64,000 bases of DNA, from the NCBI GenBank assembly GCA_963810935.1, contig CAWEPK010000005.1, forward strand, positions 160,001 through 224,000, in the 5' to 3' direction. This stretch comes from an uncultured delta proteobacterium. Its GTDB lineage: Bacteria > Desulfobacterota > Syntrophorhabdia > Syntrophorhabdales > WCHB1-27. Position 1 is the stretch's first letter. Every line of letters begins with the position of its first letter. The position numbers were made by a program, and so were the translations under genes. This document shows, piece after piece, positions 29,645 through 40,639 of the stretch. The notes beneath the pieces were generated by a model, which searched no databases, was not told the origin of the DNA, and saw only the letters and a program-made list of their open reading frames with translations.

Positions 29645-30614
29645 ATGAGAAAACTGATAAGCATAATCGCGTCGGCATTCAATGAGGAAGGCAACATAGA
29701 AGAGCCTGTCCCGGCAACTCAAGGCCGTTTTCGACGAGAACGAGAGGTACGACTTCGAGGTGATCCTGGTCGAGAACGGATCGAGCGACCGCACTTTCGA
29801 AAAGATGCTAAAGCTCAACGAAGAGGACGGACGGTTCAAGATCGTGCAATTGTCGAGGAACTTCAGGATGGACGGCGGCATAACGGCCGGATTGAGCCAT
29901 GCCTCGGGCGACGCGGCCGTCATCATGACGGCAAACCTCCAGGACAAACCGGAAGTTATTACCGGTTTCATCAGGAAATGGGAAGAGGGTTATGAAAACG
30001 TCTACGGGATAGTTAGGAAAAGGACGGGCAAAGGGTTGCTGAGGCGATTCAACTCATTCTTGTTCTACAAGATAATAAACTCCATGACGAGCGGCCTGAT
30101 CCCCGAGAACGTGAGCGATTTCAGGCTTATGGACCGAAAGGTGTACGAAGCGATCAATTTCATGAAGGAGCGTAATCGCTTTCTTCGCGGCATGGTGGCC
30201 TGGACCGGGTTTAAGTCCGTCGGAGTGGAATACGAGCGGGCCAGGAGGTTTTCGGGCAAGTCTCACGCCCATTCGCTTCACGTCCTGCAGCTCGCAATCA
30301 ACAGCATATTCGCCTTTTCATACTTTCCCATCCGCTCAATCTCGTTTTTAGGCATAGCGTTGTCGGGGGTATCCCTTCTTTACCTCCTCTATACCGTAGT
30401 CAGGATATTCGAGAAGGGCGTTCCTTTCGCCGGTTACGGCACCATCGTCTCCCTCATAGTCCTGATGTTCGGGATCCTCTTTTTTATCCTCGGAATATTG
30501 GGCCAGTATATCGCGCAGATATACGAGGAAGTGAAGCAAAGGCCGAGCTATATCGTTAGCGCGAAGGTGGGGTTTGCAGATACGGCTGCCGCAGCGTCGA
30601 GGGACGGCAAATAA
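29645..30614 (+). CDS. GtrB-like GT2 polyprenyl-phosphate glycosyltransferase (one frameshift near 29705)
   Basis: FNEEGNI, ENGSSDRT, LSRNF, DFRLMDR, ERNRFLRG, two C-terminal TMs, YEEVKQRP; span 970 = 3n+1. Confidence 0.88.
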
Positions 30615-30650
30615 TATAAATGGCGAAATCGCTGCCGTAACAAGAGAGTC

Positions 30651-32663
30651 ATGCTTCAATCAATCTACTATCTTCTTTTTATATACCTCTACCTTTCTTT
30701 CCTCGGGGCGGGCCTCTATCTGCTTCTCGCTCCGTCCTGGCTTAGGAAGCCGTACTATCTGCCCTTCGCAGTCCCGGTCCTCGGCTCGTCGCTCCTCTCC
30801 GTGCTGGGAATGTACGTCATCTGCCTGCGGCTGCACATCGGGGCGCTGATTCCTGTCTCCCTGACAGCGGCAGGTGTCCTGCTTCTATCGGGTCTATTGG
30901 CTCACCGGCGGGAAATCAGTCGAACCTGGTCCGAATTGAGGAATATACGACCGAGAATAAAGCATTTGCTGGTGGCCGTGCCTGCGATTATATGCGTGAT
31001 GCTGGCGGTCCTCTGGCCCGCTGTCAGGGAAGGGGCGCCGACCGTGCCTTTCCGGATCGGTCCCGATCAGATGTGCAATGTGATCGAGGCCCAATTCTTC
31101 CTGTCGGGCGGAACGATGAACAGCCCGACCGAGATAAACCGTTTCAGAAAAGACGATTGGATTCCAAGGTTGGCCATAGAGGGCATGCGGTGGAGTTTTC
31201 CGGCCGCTCTTGCGACTTATAACCGTCTTCTCGGAAGCCCTCACACGTACCGGGTCGGGTATCCCGCGATCGCTTTGCACCTGATATTCTTAGGCGGCCT
31301 GGCGTACTGCCTTCTTTATTACCGCTTCGGTCTGTCGCCGCCGGCCTCGTTGCTCGGCGGGGCCGCCGTTACCCTCAACTGCAACATGCTCAATGCGATC
31401 TGCGAAGGGTTCTGGGCGCAGGTCTTCACTATGCCGATGTTCGTCATCATGCTCCTCGCGTTGCTCGATCTACGGGACACTGAGAAAGTGCAGTCCCGGC
31501 CTGATATTTGGAAGTCGGTCGTTCTCCTCTCCCTTCTCGCCTTGCCTCTCATCACCGCATGGAGCGAAGGAACTCAGATCGTGCTTTATTTCTGGGTGAT
31601 CACGCTGGCGCTCGACCTTGCGCTCAAGAGGAAGATATCGAAGACTAACCTGATCGTACCGGTGGCAGCGCTCGTCACATTACTGCTCGCCGCCCCGGTC
31701 CTCCCGATGCTCAAGCAGCATTATATCAATGTAGCCAACCACTTTCTGCTGAATAGCGGGTTCCCGCAGCCGCATTGGGCTTTCCCATCGGAGATACTTG
31801 GCTTATCCGATATGTATCACAATTTCATGCGGTGGTTCGGGCGCTATTTTGTCCCCAAGACCGTACGCATGACGGGAGGTAGTCTTATTTTCAACACGAT
31901 TGCCTCCATAGTCATAATAGCCGCGTTCGCGCGACATACGCTCACCTCCCGATCCCTCGACAAGCCGTTTTGGCTGGCTGCGCCCGTCTTCGTCACTCTA
32001 ATCCTGCTTGCGTCACGCTTATCGGGTCATCACAATTTCCTATACATGAAGAGCTATACGCTCTTCGTGCCGCTTCTCTTCACCTGTTTTTACGGTTTAC
32101 AGCCTTCCTCTGATCGCTTCAAGCCCATATATGACAGGGCAAGGTATGTTCTGTCCGCTATTATTATCGTCGTCGGCCTCTCCTACGTCCACGGGTATTC
32201 CGCCACCAGCACGTATGTCACAAACGACATGATGGAGCTGCACGCATACTCCCACAGCACTGATCTTACCAATGCCGTTTTTATGACGAGAGGGCCGGCG
32301 GGCCTATCTCCCGAGCAGAGATACAGGCAATACATGCTCGACTTGCTGCTTTGTCCCATTATTGGCGCCAATGTACTCGATCAATGGATTGTGGTAGAAC
32401 CCAAGTACCGGGACCAGCATTTCGAGAGACATTTCAGGAACCATGTATACTTGCTCTTAAGGAAAAGCGACCTTCCCTCCTGGCCGCCGGTAGAGCGAAA
32501 AGCCGGAGAAAAGATCGTATGGCAGAACAACACATTTGCGATAATCGATACGGGCAGGTTGTTTCGGGACGCCTTCACGAATGAGAGAAGCGAGCCGGAC
32601 TTGAAGGTTTTCTGGGAGACTATCGAGTTGTCCAGGTCGAATCCGAGGGGAGGAGGTCTGTAA
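30651..32663 (+). CDS. Multi-pass membrane protein, probable GT-C fold glycosyltransferase
   Basis: 670 aa, >12 hydrophobic segments, loop containing GPD, soluble C-terminal domain; follows the GtrB-like gene. Confidence 0.55.
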   Translation: MLQSIYYLLFIYLYLSFLGAGLYLLLAPSWLRKPYYLPFAVPVLGSSLLSVLGMYVICLRLHIGALIPVSLTAAGVLLLSGLLAHRREISRTWSELRNIRPRIKHLLVAVPAIICVMLAVLWPAVREGAPTVPFRIGPDQMCNVIEAQFFLSGGTMNSPTEINRFRKDDWIPRLAIEGMRWSFPAALATYNRLLGSPHTYRVGYPAIALHLIFLGGLAYCLLYYRFGLSPPASLLGGAAVTLNCNMLNAICEGFWAQVFTMPMFVIMLLALLDLRDTEKVQSRPDIWKSVVLLSLLALPLITAWSEGTQIVLYFWVITLALDLALKRKISKTNLIVPVAALVTLLLAAPVLPMLKQHYINVANHFLLNSGFPQPHWAFPSEILGLSDMYHNFMRWFGRYFVPKTVRMTGGSLIFNTIASIVIIAAFARHTLTSRSLDKPFWLAAPVFVTLILLASRLSGHHNFLYMKSYTLFVPLLFTCFYGLQPSSDRFKPIYDRARYVLSAIIIVVGLSYVHGYSATSTYVTNDMMELHAYSHSTDLTNAVFMTRGPAGLSPEQRYRQYMLDLLLCPIIGANVLDQWIVVEPKYRDQHFERHFRNHVYLLLRKSDLPSWPPVERKAGEKIVWQNNTFAIIDTGRLFRDAFTNERSEPDLKVFWETIELSRSNPRGGGL

Positions 32664-32666
32664 GCA

Positions 32667-34839
32667 ATGACGCGGATAACGACAATTGTAAATGCGAAAA
32701 TGGTCCTGGCCTGCGCCATCCTAGCCGCAGTCCTGTTGCTGCTCCTGCTCGTCTTCGGAGACAGGCTCGTGTACCGGCCGATAAAGCCGGTGAGCATAGA
32801 GCATATCGATTACGATTCGAAGTCGGCCGACAGGACCCTGTCATCAGCAAAAGAATTCACCCGGCCGAGAAGGATTGTCGCGCGTGATATGGATATATCC
32901 TTCAAAATGAAAATCTATTCCATCAGCCAATACGACGACGTCTTTCAGACCGGCCCGGGTAATGCAGGGGTGCGGATGGAAGTTTCAAGACCGGGTACGC
33001 TGGGGCTGATTGCGGGGAGGGCCATCAATACCTTCATTCTCACTGATTCCCTGGAACCGGGCAAGGAATACGAGGTAAATCTCAGAATACGGGGAGGGCG
33101 CGTCCATATAGCATTGAACGGTTTTGCGGTTTCCGCTACGTATTGGAAAGGCAGATACTTCAACGCATCGGACATAAAGGTTGGGACCGGATGGGGCGGG
33201 TCGAGGCCCTTCGACGGCCGCATCAGCGACTTCAAGGTCGCATACCGGCCCTTCAGATACCATAAGCACCTGGAGAAGACTATCGATTTCACGGAGGGGT
33301 TGCTTGGCGGGCTTATGCTTCTCCTGCTTGTTCTATATCTACGCCTGAGGACAAGAAAGAAACTATCCGAGTTATGGCGCGGTCTCGGCAGCGCCAGCTA
33401 CGTTTATTGCGCAGCTTTTGTCGTATGCTGCCTGGTTTTTCTAACTCCTGTCTTTCAGCACCTTCTCACGCCTCGCGTCTCTGTTCCCATGACCGTCGAC
33501 CCACAGTTCATGCTTCTCATCTTATCCTTGATTCTGCTCTCGGCCTTCTTAATGACGAAACGGATCGACCTCGCAAACACCCAGGCAAAGGCTCGCTTTA
33601 CAGCAACGGTAGTGATGTGCGGGTTCGTGGTATCATACCTGTTTCTCTATGTACAAGCCATTGTGTATGGAGCCGATATATCGGTTACAGCGATACTGCC
33701 CGTGGCCCATAGATTCGGAGATTTCATGGAGAATGGAGCCGCGTTGTCCAGGTACCAGCTCTACGCAGGGGCTCCCGGCCACGGGTATGAGATGAGAGGC
33801 GTCTTCAATCATTTCCCCGCGTCCTTTCTTCTCGTGGATCCATTCCTCCGGCAGCACCACAACGGACTTCTACAGTACATCATGCTGTTTTCCGTTTATT
33901 TCTTCTTTTACTCTTTCTTCAAGATGAGACGCATCGAGCTTACTTCAAGGGTTAAATACAGCCTGGTATTCTTATGTCTTTCTTTCCCCACCATGTTCAC
34001 TATCAGCACAGGCCATCCCGAGGGTATACTTTTCATACTCCTCTCCCTGTTCTTTCTCTTTTACTACAAGGATAGGCAAATCCTGGCTTCCCTCTACCTC
34101 GGACAGGCAATCGCCATGAAGCTGACTCCGGCAGTCTTTCTTATTCTCCTAGTCTCCGACAGGCGCTACAGGCAGTCTCCTCTGGACTCTCGGTTTTACA
34201 GCACTCCCGACCTTCGTGGCATTGATGGTACTTGACGGAGGCTTAAATGGCGGGCTTCTCAATTACTATCATCGTATGACGGCAAATTTGTCGGCGTGGA
34301 CAGACATTTCCGTTGTCCGCGGCGTCTCTACAGAGTACGGGAGCAGCCTCTTCTTCGCGCTCCGTACACTTTGGGGAAATTCTTTACCCCCGGTCGAGTC
34401 TCTCCTCCGTCCCTGGACGGCTTTTTCGCTTCTGATGTTCTCGGGGCTTTCCGTCTATGTCGTTGCCTACGAGAAAACGGCGTGGAAGAAAGTAATGCTC
34501 CTGACCATCGCCATGACTATATTGCCTTTTGTTTCCTTTGACTATAAGCTTACCCAGTTCTTCATACCCCTGTTCCTGTTCTTTGACGACGACCGGCCTG
34601 ACAAATATGCCGCGGCCTATCTCTTCCTGGTGGGCCTTCTGCTCGTTCCCAAACAGTATCTGGGCCTATGGATGCCTCCCGTTATCGACCCCTTCATAAT
34701 GATTTTCATCGGGGCGCTGGTTGTCGTCTCTCACGGACGGCTGAGCCTCGGTCCGCTTAAGGCTTTTCGGTTCAGGGCACGGTCCCAGGAAGCTGTAAGG
34801 GGCGAGAGCATGGCCGAATCGGTTGGGGGATCGCGCTAA
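32667..34839 (+). CDS. Membrane protein with a LamG/ConA-like domain and a GT87/DUF2029-like GT-C region (one frameshift near 34175)
   Basis: Beta-rich VGTGWGGSRPFDGRISDF; FGDF, NHFP, GHPE, AIAMKLTPAVF, SFDYKL; span 2173 = 3n+1. Confidence 0.6.
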
Positions 34840-34883
34840 GATTATCAACAGCATAAAGAAAATGAAGTAAGGAGACAAACAGC

Positions 34884-35441
34884 ATGAAGAAACCGGAGGA
34901 CGAGACGCGCGACTTGAAGAAACTCGAAATAGGGTGCGGGCAGAGACCCACGCCCGGCTATATTCACAACGATCTTAACCTGTTTCCCCATGTCGAGATC
35001 GTGGGGAACCCTTGGGAAATAACCATGGAGGAGGATTCGCTCGATGAGGTTCTCGCCCTTGGGTTAATAGAGCACCTGACATATTCACAAGTCGATCTCT
35101 GCTTTGCTAATACGCATCGTATGCTAAAGAGAGGCGGGCTGTTCTTTTTCGACGTACCCGATGCTACGGTTTGGTGCCGCTATCTGGTCGATTATATGGA
35201 CGGAACCCCCGTGCCGTTCTCCATCGAGCATGTTCTTTCGACCATCTGGGGATGGCAAAGATGGCCCGGCGACGAGCACAAGTCGGGATGGTACAAAGAG
35301 AAGCTTGTCGACGCTTTGCACCGCGCAAACTTCGATAAATTCGAATTTGGGGTTGGCATATTCCTTGAGCGCGGCATCAAAAGGCACCGGATGGAGTCTC
35401 CAAAAGATGCGCATTTTTATTGCCGCGCTGAAAAAACGTAG
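34884..35441 (+). CDS. Class I SAM-dependent methyltransferase
   Basis: LEIGCG, GYIHND, IEHL, RMLKRGG.FFFDVPD. Confidence 0.8.
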   Translation: MKKPEDETRDLKKLEIGCGQRPTPGYIHNDLNLFPHVEIVGNPWEITMEEDSLDEVLALGLIEHLTYSQVDLCFANTHRMLKRGGLFFFDVPDATVWCRYLVDYMDGTPVPFSIEHVLSTIWGWQRWPGDEHKSGWYKEKLVDALHRANFDKFEFGVGIFLERGIKRHRMESPKDAHFYCRAEKT

Positions 35442-35462
35442 ACCTAAAAGGAAGCGGTAAGA

Positions 35463-36191
35463 ATGAAGGAACCTGTGTCGGTCATTATAAATGTTTACAA
35501 CGAGGCGGGCACGATCGAAGCCGAGATACTCGACATTTACAATAAGATACTTGCCCCCCTTCCCGGCTCGGAGCTTATCGTGGCGGAGGACGGAAGCACC
35601 GACGGCACGAAGGAGATCATCCAAAAGTACGTCCGGAAGCTGGGCATAGTGCATTCTACAGCCCCGGAGAGAAAGGGCTATACGAAGGCATTGAAGGACG
35701 CCTTTGCTCTCGTCAGGAACAAGTACATATTCTTTAGCGACACCGGCGGGAAGTTCGATTTCGACGATTTCTGGAAGCTCTACGAGGTCTGCGACAGATA
35801 CGAGCTGGTCATAGGAATACGCTCCGGCCGTACCGATCAACCCTATCGCAAATGCCTGACGGCTACTTACAATTTTCTCCTTAGAAAATATTTCGGGGTC
35901 GATCTCCGAGATGCGGACAGCGGTTTCCGGATATATGCAAGATCGATAACCGAGAAGCTATCGGGCGAGACATGGGTGAATAAACACCTCATCAGCTCCG
36001 AGCTCGCCCTGAGGACGATATACAGTGGAGGGGCGGTCGCGCAAATCCCGGTAACATACAGGCAGAGGGAAAGCGTCTCCCGCGGTCTGCCGCCTTCCAA
36101 GATACCGAGGGTTATAATTAATGTCGTACAAAATTTCCCCATGCTGAAGAAAATTTTGTCGTCGTCTTATCCGAGACTCTCTTTTTCATGA
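35463..36191 (+). CDS. GT2 glycosyltransferase (DPM-synthase-like)
   Basis: VYNEAGTI, EDGSTDGT, KGY..AL, DADSGFR. Confidence 0.85.
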   Translation: MKEPVSVIINVYNEAGTIEAEILDIYNKILAPLPGSELIVAEDGSTDGTKEIIQKYVRKLGIVHSTAPERKGYTKALKDAFALVRNKYIFFSDTGGKFDFDDFWKLYEVCDRYELVIGIRSGRTDQPYRKCLTATYNFLLRKYFGVDLRDADSGFRIYARSITEKLSGETWVNKHLISSELALRTIYSGGAVAQIPVTYRQRESVSRGLPPSKIPRVIINVVQNFPMLKKILSSSYPRLSFS

Positions 36192-37252
36192 AGGATAGAC
36201 GCAGGAAGATGCACGCCGGCACCGGCGAAGGCAGAGCCGGACTGTTTCGGGGCCGTCAAATGGCGAAGCTGCAATTCTTCGCGGGTATCGCTGTCAGCCT
36301 TGCAATACTCGTTATTATCGTCTCCAGGATCGACCTCGGCACCATCCGCCTACCCCTGTCAAAGCTGAATCTCTGGTGGGTCCCCTCGATGATCCTGGTC
36401 TACTTTGCCGGATTCCTGGTGCGGGGCGCTCGAGCCCGCCTGCTCCTTTCCAGCCTCAAGACCGTAGGCTTCAGCGCTGCCACCGAGGGTGTTTTCGTAG
36501 GCTACTTGGGAAACACCGTGCTGCCTGCGAGGGCCGGAGAACTGGCCAGAGCATTCTTTGTCGGCAACAGGGAGTCGATGAGCAGGACAAGCGTGCTCGG
36601 GACCGTCATTGTGGAGCGGATATTCGACGGCTTTGTCATCCTCGCCATATTGGGCGCTACCCTGTTTTTTTGCCGGGGGGCAGGCAGATATCAAGTCGTG
36701 CGGCAAGTAATGGGCGCCGGCTCCATGCTTTTTGGCTTTCTTGCAGTTGCGGTCGTCTTCGGGGCAAGGCGGCGGTCCTGGTTTGAAAGCTCGATAATGA
36801 AGATTCTTTCCCGCCTCCCTGCGTCGGCGGCTGAAAGGAGCAAGTCATTAACGGTAAAATTGCTCGATTCGCTGGGTTCTTTAAAGAGCAGCCGGACCTT
36901 GATCGAAGTCCTTTTCCTTTCCGCGGCCATATGGTGTGTCGAGGGGTTCGTATTCCTGTTCGGGCTTTCGGCGTTCGGCCAGCCTGGATACTTCACAACG
37001 GCCTACCTCACCATGTCACTCGTCAACCTCGGGCTCATCCTGCCCAGCGCTCCCGCCGGCATAGGCATATTCCAGGCAGGCGTTGTGCTGGCATTTTCAG
37101 TCTTCGGGTTGTCTGCGGAATTAGCACTTGTCTATTCGCTGCTGATCCAGGCCGTCATGGTAGCAACGATTGTCTCCGTCGGGTTATTGATCCTCAATGT
37201 CCGCGGAATAACTTTGTCGAAAATACGCGAAACGCACGGGGAACAGGCGTGA
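36188..37252 (+). CDS. UPF0104 / lysylphosphatidylglycerol-synthase TM domain flippase-like protein
   Basis: GYLGNTVLPARAGELARA, TVIVERIFDG, PSAPAGIGIF. Confidence 0.85.
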   Translation: MKDRRRKMHAGTGEGRAGLFRGRQMAKLQFFAGIAVSLAILVIIVSRIDLGTIRLPLSKLNLWWVPSMILVYFAGFLVRGARARLLLSSLKTVGFSAATEGVFVGYLGNTVLPARAGELARAFFVGNRESMSRTSVLGTVIVERIFDGFVILAILGATLFFCRGAGRYQVVRQVMGAGSMLFGFLAVAVVFGARRRSWFESSIMKILSRLPASAAERSKSLTVKLLDSLGSLKSSRTLIEVLFLSAAIWCVEGFVFLFGLSAFGQPGYFTTAYLTMSLVNLGLILPSAPAGIGIFQAGVVLAFSVFGLSAELALVYSLLIQAVMVATIVSVGLLILNVRGITLSKIRETHGEQA

Positions 37253-37499
37253 GCACAAACCGCGATAGACCATCAATTTTGGCCTGAAATACATCGCTTG
37301 TGATATACTTGAAGAGATTCCAACAGAATACTCAGAAAGGTAATCCCCGGTAATTAGTTATGATCCTTGATCAATTCTTCTCCAGGAAACGATCCGGGAA
37401 GAGGGGGAGACCCGGTTGGTCGCGATAAAATCGGAAAGCGTAAAATGAGCAACTGGAGCTGGCCATGGAAGAGATGCGCCGGTTCTTTGCAGGAGACAG

Positions 37500-37979
37500 A
37501 TGGTCAAAATAGATAACATCAACGGTTTATCCCTGTATGGAAAACACGGGATGAAAATAAGGTTCGTTGTTGTCGGAGTATGGAATACCGTGCTCGGATA
37601 CGGTTTATTCGTTCTCTTTGACCTGCTATTTGCCGGCATTTTTGAGACTCGTTATATGGCTTACATGACTGCCAACGTCCTTTCGAATGTTATCGCGGTC
37701 CTGAACGCATACATTTTTCACAAGTTCGTCACGTTCAGGGTCAGGACGAAGGGCAGATCAGCGATTATCGAATTCTTTCGCTTTTCCCTCACCTACGTGG
37801 GAACGTTTTTCCTAAGCATCCTGCTCCTTCCTTTATTTGTGGAATTCATCGGTCTGACCCCACGGCTGGCCGCGGCTGTCATTACCCTTATCTGCGTAAT
37901 CCTAAGTTACGTAGGCCACTCAAGATTCTCCTTTCGCAAGGCAGAGCGTGAAATCGCCCCGACGAGGCAAAAGACATGA
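37500..37979 (+). CDS. GtrA family polyprenyl-P-sugar flippase
   Basis: RFVVVGVWNT, N.YIFHKFVTF, EFFRF, SY.GHSRFSF; start may be 37551. Confidence 0.88.
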   Translation: MVKIDNINGLSLYGKHGMKIRFVVVGVWNTVLGYGLFVLFDLLFAGIFETRYMAYMTANVLSNVIAVLNAYIFHKFVTFRVRTKGRSAIIEFFRFSLTYVGTFFLSILLLPLFVEFIGLTPRLAAAVITLICVILSYVGHSRFSFRKAEREIAPTRQKT

Positions 37980-40393
37980 GAGAAGACTTTCCGGGAACCG
38001 GCAAGGTGGTGAGAGAGCTTCTATCCGATGCATCGCGGCGCAAGACCATTTTGGCGTTTCTTCAGCTCGTGCTGTCCGGCAGCGCGGCCGCCCTTCTGAT
38101 CTGGCATATGTTGACAGTTTTTAGGCGCGTGCCCCAAGAAATGGATTTCAACGCGTGGACCTATATTTTTCTTCATCCCCAAGAGAGCGCCCTATTCAAT
38201 TATCTGATCGTCGCCGCATCACTATCAGTCTGCTCGTTTATTTTTTACATCACGGGATTCACTGGATTCGTGCAAAAAACGCTCGAAAAGGTAAATGAGC
38301 TTCTCCTTGCCCTATCTTGCGTAGCATCCATGCTTCTTGTTGCAGTCGACATATCTATTAATGTCCTTAGCCTCCGTCCCGCCTTCTATCTTCTGGTCGC
38401 TCTATTACCGGTTGCCTTGCTCCTTGTGTCGCCGTTGGCCGGGTCCCAACGACGTTTCGCCCGGCTTCACCCGGCCATACCCCCGGCATGTCTCTGCCTC
38501 GTCCTCCTGGCTCTGCTTGCAGAGCCCCTTCTCCTCATGCACCGCCCCGTCTGCTTGATGAACGAGTATCAGGACCTGTACAGCGAGACGCTGATAGACA
38601 ACGTATATGTTAATAATAAAGACTTTCTGGCCCGAATCCCGAAGGACCCCGTCGACCTCGCTTTACTTCAAAAGCTGAAAAGCGAGTTTAAGGCAGACGG
38701 AATGAGGGCAATCAATGTAGCTTTCCTCAAATTGGAGATTCTCAGCTCCTTAAAGGAGCACTATGATCTCGAACGGCGAGTCAACGGGCCTTCCTCCTTG
38801 CCGGTTGATCGTCCGGCATCCGCCCACAGCCGTGGCCTGGATGCGGAAACTTTGCAAGCTTTCTGCCTCGCCAACCTTCTCGAATATCAACACCAGAACA
38901 TGGCCAGGGGCCAGATCAACCATATCGGGCATATACTTAATCCCCTGAATGAGTACAAGTTGGGGCGACCGCTCAAGAACATCTATATACAGTATGGCTT
39001 GGGCAACACTTTCCTCATGGATTGGGTCATGGACCTGTTCGGTGGTCTCTCTCTTCAAAGTTTTTATAAGTGCTACATCTTCTATCCGGTCTATGCGGTG
39101 CTCTTCCTTCTGATGCTTTACGTACTGTTCGGGGACAGTCTGTTCATGCTCGGCTCCTTCGTGGTTTATGCCCTTGCTTTCTTCACGACGGGTTTTACGG
39201 GCTTTGTTCTTGCCCCCGGTTTAATACCTTCGATCCATTTTTTTGACGTTATCGTCGTAACGCTCTTTGCCCTCTATCTACGACGGAGACATCCGGCATT
39301 TGCCTTCCTGGCGGCTCTGGCTTGTATTGCATCGTTGGTCGTGAATATCCTGTTCGGCGCCATGCTGTCCATTGCATTCGCACTGGCCATGGCCTTTTAT
39401 ATTATCGAAAACGTCGACAGGAAGAAAATGCTTTTAGGCCTCGCGAGTCTTCTATTCATGTTAGCCGCAGGCGTTGCCCTTGCCCGTATTTTACCCGCCA
39501 CGAGGTCCGGCGGCATCAAACACTTCTTTTACGGCTACTTTTCATGGGGGCCCTATTGGATCACCGTGGTACCCACCGTTTTTTATCTCGTTGTTTCCTA
39601 TTTGTTCATGCTCCTGCTCAAGAAAAGGAGAGACACTCTTAAATATCTTTACATATTCGCCTTCCTTTACAGCCAGGCGTTGCTCGTCTATTACTACTGG
39701 TCGGGCCTGATAAATCATTTCCCGACGGTCCTCCCGTTCATGGGCGTACAGTTTTTCCTCATGCTCTTGATTGCCTATAATTATGTGGTGAGCAAAAGAG
39801 AAGCGCTCGCGGGGCAATTGCGGACCGCCGTGACGCTTATGATCGTTCCGTTTTTTGCCATTATGCTCATCGGGGCCGGGATCTATTATTCGCAGAAGCA
39901 CGTATTTTATGAGAACTTCGTTAATCATCGGTTATACCATTGGCAGTTCCCGCGCGCAAACGTCACTACTACGATAGAGACATCCCCCGTAAAAGAAGCG
40001 GTCGGACTGATAGACGATTATGCGGGAGCCGATAAGGCAGTTTTTATCATTTCCAGGTACGATAATCTTTTGCCCTTCCTTGCCCGCCGGTACAGCGGCA
40101 TGCCCCAGTTCGAGATGCCTTACGCCCTTATTGCCGGCAAAGAGACTGTTGAGGCGATTGAAAGTATTCAAAAGAGCGCCCCGCGGTTCCTGTTCGTCGA
40201 TACCGATATCGATCTCAGGAATGTTCCCTTCGATCCATGGAATAAGTTATTCTTCAGCCAGTTTGACAAGAATGAAAGGATTTCTAGGTACGGAAGGTTG
40301 CTGGAGCTCCAGAAAATATTCAACTGTGTCAGGGACGGTTATGAAAAGGTGGCCGAAGGCCGCATCATAAGCGTGTATAAAAGGAAAATCTGA
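37976..40393 (+). CDS. Large multi-pass membrane protein, probable GT-C glycosyltransferase
   Basis: 805 aa; QYGLG loop motif, many TMs, soluble C-terminus (PRFLFVD); follows gtrA. Confidence 0.55.
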   Translation: MREDFPGTGKVVRELLSDASRRKTILAFLQLVLSGSAAALLIWHMLTVFRRVPQEMDFNAWTYIFLHPQESALFNYLIVAASLSVCSFIFYITGFTGFVQKTLEKVNELLLALSCVASMLLVAVDISINVLSLRPAFYLLVALLPVALLLVSPLAGSQRRFARLHPAIPPACLCLVLLALLAEPLLLMHRPVCLMNEYQDLYSETLIDNVYVNNKDFLARIPKDPVDLALLQKLKSEFKADGMRAINVAFLKLEILSSLKEHYDLERRVNGPSSLPVDRPASAHSRGLDAETLQAFCLANLLEYQHQNMARGQINHIGHILNPLNEYKLGRPLKNIYIQYGLGNTFLMDWVMDLFGGLSLQSFYKCYIFYPVYAVLFLLMLYVLFGDSLFMLGSFVVYALAFFTTGFTGFVLAPGLIPSIHFFDVIVVTLFALYLRRRHPAFAFLAALACIASLVVNILFGAMLSIAFALAMAFYIIENVDRKKMLLGLASLLFMLAAGVALARILPATRSGGIKHFFYGYFSWGPYWITVVPTVFYLVVSYLFMLLLKKRRDTLKYLYIFAFLYSQALLVYYYWSGLINHFPTVLPFMGVQFFLMLLIAYNYVVSKREALAGQLRTAVTLMIVPFFAIMLIGAGIYYSQKHVFYENFVNHRLYHWQFPRANVTTTIETSPVKEAVGLIDDYAGADKAVFIISRYDNLLPFLARRYSGMPQFEMPYALIAGKETVEAIESIQKSAPRFLFVDTDIDLRNVPFDPWNKLFFSQFDKNERISRYGRLLELQKIFNCVRDGYEKVAEGRIISVYKRKI

Positions 40394-40437
40394 TGCATAC
40401 CGGCAGGGCATCGAGAGGTCATGTTTAAGGCTACGGC

Positions 40438-40526
40438 TTGAAAAAGTATCTCCATAACGGCGTCATCTTCACCTAGGCGAATCAGCTATGGCGCGGGCTT
40501 TCGGGTATTTTCGCCCTCATCCTGAT
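40438..40526 (+). pseudogene. Truncated copy of the 5' end of the wzx-like gene at 42553, with a premature TAG
   Basis: 84/89 nt identical to 42553-42641; codon 13 CAG is TAG here (40474-40476). Confidence 0.88.
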
Positions 40527-40639
40527 AATAGAGATAACCTATCTTTCCATATCCACAATAAATTACCCTGCAAAATGTTCCGCCGTTCCGTTGAACAGAC
40601 CTCGCAAGGCAGTCACGAAGCTATAAGGAGGAAGACAGG

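Noticed and set aside
37260..37500. Possible riboswitch or ncRNA in the spacer before gtrA
   Set aside because: No recognisable riboswitch consensus or convincing stem set by eye
40474..40476. In-frame TAG as possible pyrrolysine or readthrough
   Set aside because: Homology to wzx ends 17 codons later, so it is a truncated duplicate; no pyl genes in the window
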